A DNA stretch of 64,000 nt from Amoebidium appalachense (GCA_963693365.1 CAVNZM010000003.1:2134768-2198767), one strand, 5' to 3'; shown: positions 1 through 50,938, counted from the stretch's first letter. Notes: generated from the letters alone by a model not told the origin. A program made the numbers and translations.

Positions 1-115
1 TCTATATATCCAGTTTTGTTGTCAACTGTAACTAAAGCAAGATCAGCTTTTAGTATACATTGAAAGATGATGAAATTCTATGAAATATTTATAACGTACC
101 TATATTTGTCTTCTT

Positions 116-156
<41 letters not shown>

Positions 157-2198
157 CTGCATCATGACAATGCCTTCACATGTGATCGATCATCGATCAC
201 GGCGCCTTTAAAAATTTGCTTTTGATGGCCTTTTGATCGATCTCGATCACGCACGCCCCGCCGATTTGCAACAGGCTGGATATACCGTACTGGCCGAGCG
301 CCGGATGCTAGTAGCTGAAGAACGCAAAAAAAAAAAAAAAAAAAAAAAAGGGAAAAGGTAACGGAAACCTTGTGACAAGACGCTGGGTTAGTTTTTCTTA
401 GAACAAGGGTGATGGTGTTTTGGAGATATATACACTTGAACGTGGCAGACGTAGGTTCCCACATAGAGTTAGAAATAGCCCGCAACCTTGACAGCGCCCA
501 TAAAACAGTGACCAAAAGGGCTTAGGCGAACTCAAGTTTAGCTTTTTGTTGCGGTTTTGATGCCGACCAACTCGTATTATTCCTTCCGGACGAACTTTAG
601 GCGCGTGTGCAGAGCTCAGGCTAGGTTGAAGCAATTATTTCTCTGTGAAGACCAACTTGAAGTGGTATATACCCGTGAACTGTCTTATTTTGATCGTACG
701 GGGACCTTTTCTATAGCTTAGAGCTGGTGCACGTTGGCTAGAGCCTTCAGCGTTTTACGCCGATTGTTAAGGTATTGTCGTCCGGTTCATTGATTGTGAC
801 ATTTCCAATGCTGTGATTGACTGGCCTGCGAATTGCCCCATAAGCACAAACAGAGGTGGGTGTTTGATGTTTTGCAGCATCCTTCCCTTTACCTGCTGAC
901 GCGAGCTTTTCCTTGCGTTAATTAGGTGATTAGGGTTGTGGGGAGGTGTCGGAACATTTCAAGGCTTCATTTATGCCCTTTCACCTTTGTATTTTGAGAG
1001 TCCCCCCCCCCCCCCCTCCCCCTCCCCCCCTCCCCTTTCCTTTCCCACACAAACGCACACACACACACACACACATACATGTACACATTTTCACTGCACC
1101 TGAGACTTTTTCGAAGGGGTCTTAGTCAAATCAGCTGTTAACAGTACATCGTAGATGCCCCCAGGAACAAATCTACCATTGTTGCTATCCCCCAACTCCT
1201 CTTTCTCCATTTTATGCCCGTTTCCTGCTTGTGCTCTCCAACTGGCTGTACAGAGCTTGTTTGCCTCGTTATGTTCACACTTCGTTTTTCTTGCTGTGGG
1301 CTGAGGGGCGACTCCCTGTCACTCGAATCTCTTCATCCAGCCCTCTTTATATTGAAGCGGAAGTGACCAACTTTCTGCTTGACTTCTTCCTCTTGTCGTA
1401 CAAAATTTTACGCAAGTAGGACCCCCACATTTTTCCTTCTTACGGGATCGTCTATACATGGTTTCCACCTAGCCCATTGGAAGAGGTCCCCCATTTTCTA
1501 CTTTTAGTCCTTTTCACTTCCATGCTGCCACCCTTTCAAGTAGTTTGCTGTTGGTTACTGGTTTTCGCCATGTGGCTTGAAACGTATACGTCTGGGCCGG
1601 CTACCTCTGTCTCCTCCCCCCCCCCTCCCTGCCCCCTCCCCCCCCTCTCCGTTGTCCCTAACACCCCACTCACCTCCCCCATCGTCAAACAGACGTGTGA
1701 GGAGGGTGAACCTTCTAATTGGGTGGATTAATGCCTCTATTACGTCGCACGCTTGCCGGTTGCCTTCACTTACATTCTTGCAATTTTACCACATGTTGTG
1801 ATCGCATGCTTGGGCTTTATCTTTCCACGGGGACTTTGCCATACCCGCAAGGAGAGCTGGAGCTTTCATGGAAGCATGTGGTGGTAGTGGTGGTGGTGGT
1901 GGTGTAGGGAGGGGAGGGGGGGGGGGTAGCCTGCCGTGTGTGAATGCACTGCAAGAAAAGGAGACACCACGGTTGACCGGCACTGAGCGATTAGGTGTGG
2001 TTTTTTTAGTTTACTGCTTACGTGGCGCCACATCCATTTCCCTTTTATGCTTAAGTTTTTTGGCAACACTAGTCGTTTAGGAGAACCAGGGATATGGGAA
2101 CAAGTGAAGCAATGGCACACACACACACACCACTTGCCCAAATCTCGAGTTTCCCACCCCCACTACTGTCGGTCATCTAATTCTCTCCCATTCTCCAG

Positions 2199-14415
<12,217 letters not shown>

Positions 14416-14502
14416 CCGTGTGTTCCTTTTTTTGGGAGGTTTTCCCTCCTGTTTTTGTACTCGTTTCCCGGTATTTTTAGCCCCCCCCCCCCCCCCCCCC
14501 CC

Positions 14503-14534
<32 letters not shown>

Positions 14535-15184
14535 TTTGGTTTTCATGCTGAGTATTCTTAGAGCAGTAACACAGGCACTACCGAGAACTGTACGCCTTTT
14601 TTTGGAGTCGCCCCCCTTTTTACGGTCGCTGGTAGGAGAGTGCCGCATGGGCATAGTTTATGTTGCGGCAGTTCTTTTAACATTTTTATTAATTTTTCAA
14701 GTTTGCGAACTCCTTTTTATTAAAAAGGTGGTCGACAAATTCAGGTTATCATAACCGAGGGCAACGATTGGTTGTGCCTGTATAGTTGTGGTTCGGCTTA
14801 AGATAATAGGTCTACTTGCTGCCAGTTAGCAGGATAAAATTGACCTGTGTACGGCCTGCAAGAAGAATAATTCTAATTCAGGTGGGAGGTTGGAAAACAC
14901 GTGTAACAAGCGCACTTTGGATCCGAGAGTTCGTATCAAAAAAGAGTTCGGCTAGCCGTACCATATCGAGTTATGATGGTGTATATGTTGGTAGGTGTCC
15001 AAATAAGGCAATGAATTCTGCTTGCTGAATGGATGCGCTGTACATACTGGTGCGCAAAATGCATGCAGTAATGCGAATATATTCTCGGTGAGTTGCAAAA
15101 CCTACCCTGGATAGTTCTCGAACTGGTATGAGCTGATAACAGAATTTAATGGTGCATTATGATTCGAGGTATCTCCTTCTGTCT

Positions 15185-15586
15185 GTACATGTACATTTGT
15201 TTGGATTTTGTGCTCGTTTGTCACTAGGTGTGTTTGTACAAGTGGGTGTGGTGTGTGTGCTTATGCACGTGTCCGTGACACGGTGCAGCGCGGTGTGTGT
15301 CCCCCCCCCCCCCGTCCTGTGGGTCCTTTTTCTGGGGCGCTGCTGCTGCTGTGCGCACAAAAATGTGTGCATACGTTGTCAGTGTACATTTGGATTTTGT
15401 GTTGGTTTGTCACTGAGTAACGTTGTGTGTGTGTGATGTGTGTGTACATGTGTTGTGCTGTGGCTGCAGTACATGTGCATGCTCATGTGCATCAAAATGT
15501 GTGTGTGTGTGCAGTGTATGTGTGTCTCCCGGTCACGGTGCACGGTGCACGGTGCACGGTGTGTGTGTGTAGAGGCTCCTCACCCT

Positions 15587-15628
<42 letters not shown>

Positions 15629-16070
15629 CCCCTTTCCCGCGGCCAGGCCCCTTGAAGTTCCCCCCCCTGTTCTGGGGGTCCTTTTTCCGGGGCTGTGGGA
15701 GTTTTTTTCTTTTCTTTCTTTTTTGTGTGTGTGGAGGGGGGGGGGGGGGGCACGCTGTGCGAAAATGTGTACACATGTCTGTGTGAGCAGTCTGTGTGTG
15801 CTTTTGGATTTGGTTTGCCAAGTTTCTCACTGAGTTAGGCTGTTTGTCACCGTGTGTCAGTGGTGTGTGTGTGTGTGTGCACGTGTGTATCAAAATGTGT
15901 GTGTGTGTGTGTCCGTGTCACGGTGGACGGTGTGTGTGTGTGTGTGTGTGTCTCCCGCCCCCTTCCGTTCCCCCCCCCCCAAAAAAAAATAAAAATAAAA
16001 AAAAAAATTAAAAAGAACTAAAGAATCCCCGCAGCTCAGAAAAAGGACCTACAGCACGGAGGAGGGGGGA
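15185..16070. repeat. Degenerate intergenic tandem repeat with one inverted sub-copy
   Basis: Recurrent TTGGATTT.G / TTTGTCAC / CACGGTG / AAAATGTGTG blocks about three times; 16020-16070 is the approximate reverse complement of the GGTCCTTTTTC blocks near 15320 and 15675. Confidence 0.55.
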
Positions 16071-16845
16071 GGATGATAACGAACCCTACGGCCGGGAAAT
16101 CTTTAAGATTGTAGACCCTAAACCGTACTTACCTGCTATCTTAAAGGCACATCCCTCCCCCCCCCCTTAACAGACCCCTGTATCGTCACACCGAGATTGT
16201 GCACATGTGCATTAGTGTGAGGGCCTCTGTGCAATGGCTCAGCGAGTCTGCTCGCATTTACGTCACTAAATCTAGAAGATTACGGTCAAAGAAATCACAG
16301 TATTTATTTCTTCAAGTGTACGCTCTTTAGACTAGGCTCACTGCCGTCCAGGCGGCCAGTGAGCCACAAGGCTTGCAAAACGAAAAACGGAACGGAGTAG
16401 AGACATCTGGCCGTTCGTTTTGCGCTTTTTTGTCAGTTTCGTTGCCCACAACTTGTAAAAGGCCCACGGATTCACGAACAGAGACATCAGTGTTTATTGT
16501 GCTAGTATGGGTGCCCTTTTAATCAGCAGACATTCTGAACAACATCACAGTCACTTTAGATCAAGCAAGGTCACTTGCACAGACGGTGGGGCTGAGATAC
16601 AGTTGAAAAGAAAGCTTAGTTACGAGATCCATCGCGTCTGTCGCATCCCTTCACACCTTCCCTAACATCGTTTCTGCTGATGATAGTGTATATTCTTCGG
16701 TCTCATCAAAGGCACGCATCTCTAACAAACGGGGCTTCATGAGGCACCAACCAAGACAAGAAAAGCTGTTGCCTATTTTCTGGATGCGAAAAATCTTTTC
16801 TTGATATGTGTGTGGCTCTGTGCTGGAAAAGGGGTACCACCTGCT

Positions 16846-22662
<5,817 letters not shown>

Positions 22663-22822
22663 ACCCAGAATTTATGGTGGTGGTGGGCTTTTTGGGGGGG
22701 GGGGGGGGGGGGGGGGGGTAAGACAAGTTGCTGGAACCAAACAATGAGAGATGCGGTTGCAGAGGCCGTAGTGTGTGTAGGGTGTATGCTCACCAGATCT
22801 ATCTGTAATTTGGTAATCAACA

Positions 22823-22856
<34 letters not shown>

Positions 22857-22930
22857 GCTTCCCCCCATTCCCATTTCCTCCTGCCTCCTCCTATCGTGGA
22901 TATGTACTTCTCACTCTGCAACACATTCTA

Positions 22931-23116
22931 CAGTGCTTGCACCGTCTTTCTGCACCAATCAGCTTTTTGCAGCCATATCATTGGCCGGTAATGGGAAATC
23001 TATACAGGAATCGTTTGCTTCGCTCAAAAATCGACTGGTAGAGCCAAACCGCCAGCTAATCGCAACCCAAAGACCTGCCTTGCACCGATTGGTGCAGAAA
23101 GACGGTGCAAGCACTG
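22931..23116. mobile_element. 186-bp Tc1/mariner-type MITE
   Basis: Perfect 30-bp TIR CAGTGCTTGCACCGTCTTTCTGCACCAATC; TA on both sides (22929-22930, 23117-23118). Confidence 0.9.
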
Positions 23117-23117
23117 T

Positions 23118-23153
<36 letters not shown>

Positions 23154-23304
23154 TTGGCCACCACCACCACCATCTTAACCCTACACCGGGCCTACAGGGG
23201 TTCAAATCTGTCGCAGAAAAATGGCAATCTCGATCACCTGGACATGCTCTATGCAAACGACTATCAGGTGAACCCCGGCCCCCCCCTCTCTCTCTCGCCC
23301 CCCC

Positions 23305-23652
23305 ACGGGGGAGCTTCCTAGAAGCCCCGTCTCCTGAGTTCCTATCTATATTTTTCTTGCTTCTGCTTACTGCTGCAACTTTAACCCCCGGCCTTTCCCA
23401 CTGCCCTTGCCTGCATAAGCAACCCTGCTCGTCTCTGATCAAGACGGGTGACCTACCCATGTTCAAGTGAAACAGTATCTGAGTTGCGTTTCGTTAACGA
23501 GGTGAATAGGTCGAAACTCGGGTACTGTGGATGACGTGGGCCCCCCCTGAGGATGGGCTCTGCTTATTATGCATACTCTTTATGTATGGCTTGCATTCTG
23601 CATCGTGTTATCCGTTTGTTCTTGTGTACTTCGTACTTTTTGACGCATTCAA
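23305..23652 (+). repeat. Poly-C-terminated interspersed repeat, copy A
   Basis: 348 bp nearly identical to 24569-24916 (I count 3 substitutions); followed by a C-run. Confidence 0.9.
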
Positions 23653-23990
23653 CCCCCCCCCCCCCCCCCCCCCCCTTTCGTGCCCCCTCCCTCCTTCTCC
23701 CCCCCCCCCCCCCCCCCCCCCGGGTGCCCTGTAATGGGTATCGTTACGGTGAGAGGGACAGGAATTGGGGTGGCAGCGTACGAAATGGTTCCGTGTTAAG
23801 GTATTTTGAAAAATAGACCAACACAGGTAGGTAAAGGATATGTCTCGACCTGTTTAAGTGTGAACATGAGCAGGAAGGCAGGCAACTAATTCAACACATG
23901 CGCATGCACACATGCATAGACACACACGTGAAGACATGCAAGCAGGCACACACGTGTGCGCATACACACACACACAAACGGGTGTACGCG

Positions 23991-24039
<49 letters not shown>

Positions 24040-24084
24040 GTGTGCGAACACACACGCTTGCGCACACACATGCGCGCGCGCACG

Positions 24085-24126
<42 letters not shown>

Positions 24127-24568
24127 CACACTCACACTCACACACTCACACACACGTGCACGCGGAGACACACACACAGACCCGCACACAAGGCCTCTTG
24201 ATGCAACCGATTCTTCTCACTGCCCCTTCCCCCCCCCCCCCCCCCCCCCCCCCCCCCTTCCGTTCCCGCCTTCTATTTCACATATTTGATTTTATGTCGA
24301 TGTATGTGTGCATTTTTCTAATCCTGGGTCTAACGTTTGTCCACTTTTTTCAGTATGAGGTTGTTTAAGACCGTATGGTTCATGGCGAGATTTAGCACAC
24401 ACATGTTTTCAGCTCCGTAATGCTGCTCCTCAAATCAGCCCCCCCCCCCCCCCCCCCCCCCCCCAATCTCATATTTTCCCCTCTGATTACGAATTCTGTG
24501 GCCTTCGGGACTTAATTCTTTTCAGCTGGTGTAGTATGTTAGCCAGGGAAGTATCGACTTAGGTATCG

Positions 24569-24916
24569 ACGGGGGAGCTTCCTAGAAGCCCCGTCTCCTG
24601 AGTTCCTATCTATATTTTTCTTGCTTCTGCTTACTGCTGCAACTTTAACCCCCGGCCTTTCCCACTGCCCTTGCCTGCATAAGCAACCCTGCTCGTCTCT
24701 GATCAAGACGGGTGACCTACTCATGTTCAAGTGAAACAGTATCTGAGTTGGGTTTCGTTAACGAGGGGAATAGGTCGAAACTCGGGTACTGTGGATGACG
24801 TGGGCCCCCCCTGAGGATGGGCTCTGCTTATTATGCATACTCTTTATGTATGGCTTGCATTCTGCATCGTGTTATCCGTTTGTTCTTGTGTACTTCGTAC
24901 TTTTTGACGCATTCAA
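24569..24916 (+). repeat. Poly-C-terminated interspersed repeat, copy B
   Basis: Direct repeat of 23305-23652, 1,264 bp downstream; followed by a C-run and a further truncated copy at ~24950-25045. Confidence 0.9.
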
Positions 24917-25046
24917 AACCCCCCCCCCCCCCCCCCCCCTCCCCCCTCCCTGCTTATTATGCATACTCAGTGTGAAACGTTTGCACTCTGCATTGTGTTG
25001 TCCGTCAGGAGTATGTACATGCGTACTCTATAACACATTCTTACCC

Positions 25047-25081
<35 letters not shown>

Positions 25082-25139
25082 CTCCCCCCTCTTTCCCCCC
25101 CGTCACCCGTACCCACCATCGCATTCACAGCTCTGCATC

Positions 25140-43889
<18,750 letters not shown>

Positions 43890-44127
43890 GTGGTAGCCTC
43901 TCTCTCTCTCTCTCTCTCTCTCTCCCCCCCCCCCCCCCCCCCTCCCCCCCCCCCTCCCTCCCTCCCTCCCTCCCTCCCTCCCTCCCTCCCTCCCTCCCTC
44001 CCTCCCTCCCTCCCTTCCTTCCTCCCTCCCTCCCTCCCTCCCTCCCTCCCTCCCTCCCTCCCTCCCTCCCTCCCTCTCTCTCTCCCTCCCTCCCTCCCTC
44101 TCTCCTCTCTCTCTCTCTCTATCTCCC

Positions 44128-44173
<46 letters not shown>

Positions 44174-44332
44174 TCCCTCTCTCTCCCTCTCTCTCTCCCC
44201 CTCTCCCTCTCTCTCTCCCTCTCTCCCTCCCCCCCCCCCCCCCCCAACCCCACACACACACACACATACATGGTAATACATAGACGCACTCGGACTCAAA
44301 CAAACACACAGGTGTGCGCGCACCCACACCCA

Positions 44333-44381
<49 letters not shown>

Positions 44382-44580
44382 GCATTCACACACACACACG
44401 GCAAGCACTCAAGGGGTTCCCGACGCAAAGTGTGTTTTTTTGCATCTCCGGATTGGCCAACGCTGTCGTAATTTAAGCTGTATTCCATGATAGAGAACTG
44501 TAGCTAGAGTGGGTGTGAGGGTGTACGCGTGGTTGGGTGTGGCCGTGTGGGCTACGTATGTTGTGTGTCTGTGTGTGTGT

Positions 44581-44634
<54 letters not shown>

Positions 44635-44746
44635 GGCGTAGGTGGACGGGGTGCATATGCTCTTGTGCATATGCTTGCTTGGGGTCCGGTTCGGCTTGTC
44701 TGTGAGAGCACTTCTGGTGTTCTGGTTTCGTCATTTACGGTTGTTT

Positions 44747-44777
<31 letters not shown>

Positions 44778-46486
44778 GCGCCCGGGGGGGATGGGGGGGA
44801 AGGGGGAATATGTGCCAGGTCGCGGCAATACTGCACTCGATTTATTCGTGCGAAATTCCAACTGGAGACTATCACAGTATATCTTTTGATTCGCTCTCAT
44901 TCAAACTAGGAGAAATCAATTTCCAGGCATATCTAAAAGAACTTGAAATTTCGGCACAACCGTCCAGAGGCTGAATATTTTGATTGGCTACGAACTGCAC
45001 TACTATGATTCTGAAGAAGCCTAAATACTGGAAATAATATGTATATAAACAGCCTTTTGTTACCACTATATACCACAAAAGGTTTATTGTCGTATTCTGC
45101 ATCAACATCCGTAATTATTCTGCCCTTTTACCTTCTTCGTCACTTCATTGAAAACTTGGTGTAACCTCCCATTCGCCATCTATCACAAATGGCTAAAACG
45201 TTTGTGCACGAAATATTTTGATTAGCTCCCATCATATGATCTCAACTTGTTGCGTATACATTTTTGAAGGTACTGTCTCCGTAGCGTAAAAAAAAGAAAT
45301 AGCAGACGTTCCTGTAGTATTGGTTTACACAATGAAGCTAATAATTCCCTTTTCAAATCTCACAGTTGTTTCCAAATACTGTATTAGTTATATCCCAGGA
45401 ATTACTACAATTATTCCCATTGGTTACATATCACAGTTAGATATAACATCCAATCATCGCTTTCCAAATCTGTATAAAACACGTAAACCACTTCTACGGC
45501 TCTTCACTTTTCGTGGCATTTCTTTGAGGGTGGATGTTTTTCCCTCTGACAAAACAAAAAATACAGACAAACTACCGGACTGGTAGGTATTTTTGCGCAC
45601 ACATCTTATACGCGGCACACCCCTTTATCTTATCGACGGATATTCCGTCCCTCCACCATCTTGTAATTGGGAAAAATTCGGTGGAGGCATATGTGCCAGG
45701 TACTGTCTAATTTTTTTCCAAAAATCGGCGATTCAACCTCCTGATTTTTACCCACCCAAATCACTGGATCTATTTTCGACCCAATCCGACCGGCTTTTCG
45801 GACCGCTTATCCAATAAAAATATTCGGGGGTGCGTATTAGTTTCGTGAAAGCGATATGTGCCAGGTACTGTCGATAGAACACCTTTTCTGCTAATTTGTG
45901 CTGGATGAAGATATGTCTCCTTTTTTTTGCACCAGAAGGCCAACCCAGGCTATCTCGTGCCCGGTATATCTCATCGTATTTTATTTCCTGTGCAGATGCA
46001 TCTGGAACGAGCACAACAATACATGAAGGATACACCGGCCCCCGACTGGCGCATGCAGCGGTCCCCAAAATAGCGCACCTGTCTATTTATGGCATGAAGG
46101 GGGCTTCAACGTTGTTAACGAAGCTGCCTTGTGTAACGGCTAAAGCCAATTTTTTGTAAGAAAGTGCATAGATATTTACATAACACAACCTCGTGTGGGT
46201 GAACCGACTGCCCCTGTTTTTATATTATTAACCTTTTTTTTTTGGTTGGGCCCAGGCTCAAGCTGCAATCATTGGTTATGAAATATTGTGAATGATGTAA
46301 GAATGGCCGAGAAAAAGTTCCATAAAAACAATGTGTGTACATATTTGTTTACTGGCGGACCTATTTCAGTAATACTGAGAGTAGATATAACAACTTTTGG
46401 TATGTATGACAGAGTCGATAAACCAGAGCTGCAAAGCATTGCGTAGGAAACATGTATGGGTAGGATGAGGAGGGAGGGAGAACGCG

Positions 46487-46520
<34 letters not shown>

Positions 46521-46619
46521 TGGTAAAAGCAACAGGCCCACAAGTTACAACCGCATAATTTTTTCGAAGGAAGCCACTGATGATTTCAGTGATGACTGAA
46601 ATAAACTAATCTGATTGGA

Positions 46620-46820
46620 GGGAAATCACATTGCATGCGAGCCAGTTGCATACTGTGGAGAATTGGATTTCACGAATCATCACATCTGAAAGATGACGGA
46701 TGTGCCAGCACCTTTCAGCTCGAATTCCAGGAGCTGCAAGCTTGCTGTACCCCTTCCCCCCTCCCCTCCCCCCTCCTTCCTCCCTCCCCCCCCCCCCCCC
46801 CCCCCACCCCCTCGCCCCCC

Positions 46821-46882
<62 letters not shown>

Positions 46883-46963
46883 GATCTCTCTCTCTCTCCC
46901 CCTCCCCCCCCCTCCCCCCCCCCCCCCCCCCGCTTCCCCGCCCCACGTGGACCCCTTCACCTC

Positions 46964-47015
<52 letters not shown>

Positions 47016-48887
47016 TACGCACACACACACACACACTAGCTCTCTCTCTGCGAGATACATACACTCACTGCCACAAGCACATGTGCAGAAACACGTACTC
47101 ACACCGTCACACACGTGCACACGTGAAGATCCTAATGCAGAAGTCCGCCCACTCAAGATCTCCGCACCAGAAAACACCCACTCCATCGTCATCATGTACA
47201 TGCACAAGTACCACACGCCAACCATACATCCTAACACACGTGCAGCCGGTAGACATGATGGCAGTGACTGTGTGCACATGTTTCATACTCAACCCCCGCG
47301 CACCCCCCAATCATGGGGACTTGCAACATATCCAGGTAACTAACTCAGTGGTTATGATCATGATCATCTGAATTGCACAGCTTCGAAACCCCACAATGTC
47401 TCATATTCGTTTATACGGTATACTATGTGGCACGCGTAGCACTGCTACGGCCAAGTGATGCACCATAGTATTGCCTAATCCCTGGCTTCCCTCCTTTCCC
47501 CCCTCCCTCGAGCCCGGGGAACTGCATGTGGGTTGCAAAGGGATATGTTAGACGTATGTTTGTGCCGAAAGGGATTCGGAGGCAGAGGGGAGAAAGGGGG
47601 GAAGGGGGGGAGGGGGGGGGGCAAGAGGGGGAGGGGGGAGGGGGGAGGGGGGAGGGGGGGGGAGTTGGGGGCAGGCATTGCTGGAAAGTGCAAACACTGC
47701 ACATGTGGACGTGGATGAATATAGCCAAGAATGGTTATTAATCATAGCTTACCAATACATGGACATCACAACTTAAGTCAACAAGTGCAAATAAAACATT
47801 CTGTATGCTTGAACAGCAGCAGGCAGCAGTTCCAGCTGCTAAGCAGTTGTCTTGTCTTGTCTGGTGAAGAATAAATTGTTCACAGACCAGGTAGGGGGGA
47901 AAAAAAAAGTCGGGCCAAAGCTAAAAAAGGAACCCCCCCCTTTCCCTAAAGCCCTTGCTTGGACAGGTCCGGAAGAGGGGCGGAAACTCTGCTTTAATTT
48001 ACCATTGAATCTGCAAATCTCTTCCTATCTCTCTCTTTTCCCCCCCTTTTACTCTCCTTTTGTCCTCTGCCCCCTCCTCCCCTACCCCCCCTCCTCTTCC
48101 CGCACTCTTCCCCCTCCTTTTCCGCATTTCCCTCCTCCCTCCCCCTGCCTCCCTCTCAAATTCGCCCCGTCTACTGGCCCTCCTTTGCCCTCTTCTCGCT
48201 GCCCGCCTTGTTTGTCTATTCTTATTATTCGAATTTGAGTGCTCGGCCTACGAGGAGGGTTTGTGTGTTCGGAGGGGAAAGAGAAAGTAGGAAGGGGGGG
48301 AGGGGGGGAGGCAGCGCGAGTATATAAAGACGGGACACGGCAGTGTCCTATCATCGGCTTCAAGATTATCTCTGCTGACCATCACCAGTAACGCACATAC
48401 ACTTGGGTAGGTAGTGTACGAATCACAACAGTTGAGACGAGGGCAAAATGCACCCCCTTGCCAGTCTTGGAGCTGGCACGGTGACTGATTTATTAAATTT
48501 AGGTCTGCAATACTAGCATCGTTATTATGTCTCAAAACTGAAAACGGTTTTTTATGAATTTATTACTACGGAGCAACACATTTTTGTATCTGGTGCACAC
48601 AGTGTTAGGTGCGCATGCACGAATTTTCGTAGCTGAGCATATATATTTTCTTTCTGTGCGTCAACCGTTATGTGTGCCATATCTACAGTGCAATTTAGCA
48701 TGAATACTGTGCGACGCAGATATTTTTGGTGGTTCCTTTCACATGCACATCACGTAACACATGCTTAGTTCAATAGTATGTACACAAATATGATGAAGAC
48801 AAACATCACAGTAACATTCCATGGGGAAATAAAAATTATTTACGGTGCAAGGAGACCCAAAAAACACCATGATGCTTTTCATGATCA

Positions 48888-48929
<42 letters not shown>

Positions 48930-49034
48930 AGGCGGCGCGGAACAAAAAAAAAAAAAAAAAAAAGACAGGGAGGGAAAGCACTAGCCACACATATTCAACC
49001 AACCAATCGTTTGCAAGGCAACCCCTCTGTCAAG

Positions 49035-49074
<40 letters not shown>

Positions 49075-49196
49075 CCTCACCTTCCCCCCCCCCCTTTGCC
49101 CTACTCTTCACTTGCCGCTGGCCAAAAAAAAAAAAAAAAAAAAAAGAAGAGAGTAAGAGAAAAAGATTGAATCACAAAAACCAAGCCCCCCCCCCC

Positions 49197-49227
<31 letters not shown>

Positions 49228-50255
49228 CTCCCTCCCCCCTCCCCCACCCCCCCCATCCCCGCCTCCCCCCCCCTTCCCCCCTCTCCACACACACACACAC
49301 ACGCACACACAAACACCCGTCCTCCTCGGAGCCCATCCCCTTCACCCTCCTCACCAACCGCTCTATGAACCCTAACCGCGGTTCCCAAGATTGTGCGAGT
49401 TGCCTGGGCCACTTTTGGGTTGTAGTGTACTTTGTGGTGAGCAATCTAACTCACACGATAGAGTAATTGTTTCCTTTGCCTTTATTCACCGAGCTCCTGC
49501 GAGATCACAAACCCACATCAACAGATGGGGTAAGATTTGAGCGGCCCAATAGTGTGCCATGGTGTGGACCAATTACAGGTGGCTCAGTCGAGGTGATACT
49601 ATCCAGGCTCCATAGGGAAAAGTGATGTTCAGCAATGTTACCATCAAAGTCCGAATATTCTAAGCATATGCCCGTGTTCTGGTGATACCGTACCAAACGC
49701 CAATAAACTACAAACGCGCCACGGAATAAAGTACGTCAACACTCACTAGCATCCACGACATGGAAACTTCAAGAAAAGAAAACGCCATAATTCGTTATAC
49801 GAGACCATTTGCATGTGCACAATTGCGTTAAAAATGCTTCTTGAAAGATTCTAGAAAGAAACATATAAAACCATTGAACAAAAGTCGTCCCTCACAGTGG
49901 TGTGGCTCGACGTGCAATGAAATCCATCGAACAGGGATATTATTGATTTTCTTTTTTTCGGGGGGGGGGGGGAGGGGGAGAGAGGGGGATAGGAAGAGAG
50001 GGAGAGGAAGAGAGGCGGAGAAAGAGATAGAGAAGAGAGAGCGGAAGGAAGAGAGGGGGGGGTAAGGAAGCGAGAGAGAGAGAAAGAGAGAGTGAGAGAG
50101 AGGGCAGAAGGGGAGAGGGAGGGAGGGTCCCGGAGGAAGGGAGGGAGGAAGATGGGAGGGAGGGAGGGAGAGAGTGAGGGAAGCGGGGGGAGGGAGGCAG
50201 AGAGGGAGAGTGTGTGTATATGCGCGTGTGGGAAAAGGCATGAAAGGGTGGGGAA

Positions 50256-50291
<36 letters not shown>

Positions 50292-50820
50292 GGAGGAAGG
50301 GTGGGAGAGAGGGAGGGATGAAAGGAATAGAGATGGGAAATGGAGCGAGGGAATGAGAGAGGACCGAAAGTAGGCGGACGGCCTAGGGTGGGAGTGGGGG
50401 TGGTGCGGGGCGGAGGGAGGGAGGGAGGGGGGAGGGGGAGGGGAGGCAGGGTTGTTTCAGTCTTTCAGATAACGTTCGGCACAAAACTATATAATGCCTT
50501 AGAGTAAGCACGAGCTCCATCCCGGGCCCCACCCACCCAAGAGTGTGTGGATGCATGTGCAGGCAGGGGTAGCATACATAACATTCATCCCCTCCGCCTT
50601 CCCCCCCCCCCCCCCCCTCCCCCTCCCCCCGCCCCTTCTGCTGCAACATTTATACATACCCTACGGTGCAACTTAAAATGTGGCCGCGTCGCGAGGTGTC
50701 TGCAACTTCGGGTCTCTCCCCACCAGTCAAAACGAATAATGTTTGTATCACATTAAGCAGAAATTCTGTGAGCTGTTTTCGGTATGATTGACGACAGCTT
50801 CGACGGATCCAAAACCATTG
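46620..50820 (-). other. Possible additional spliced gene of unknown function
   Basis: Complex-sequence islands separated by repeat tracts, with minus-strand donors GTATGT (~50659), GTAAGC (~47751), GTGTGC (~47122) and acceptors near 47232 and 46746; no recognisable protein motif. Confidence 0.25.
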
Positions 50821-50938
50821 TGAATATAATTTCAAGCACATACACACAGTTTACAGACAGACATACACACAACGTTCACAAACACACACACGTGCCCGCG
50901 CACTTACACACGCACACACACATCTACACGCACACGCA

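Noticed and set aside
23495-23565. Hammerhead-ribozyme-like words GTCGAAAC and CTGAGGA in the poly-C repeat family (Penelope-like)
   Set aside because: Stems I and II cannot be paired around the core in any permutation I tried, and CTGANGA is not conserved upstream of GAAA across copies.
24950-25060. Minus-strand G-run followed by AGAATGTGTTA resembling a polypurine tract plus LTR start
   Set aside because: The other end of the family does not finish in CA, no internal gag/pol sequence, and solo LTRs would not retain a PPT.
46709-46746. Plus-strand HLSARI/QELQAC segment as cyclase penultimate exon
   Set aside because: Requires an unexplained 1-nt indel outside a homopolymer and overlaps a plausible minus-strand exon.
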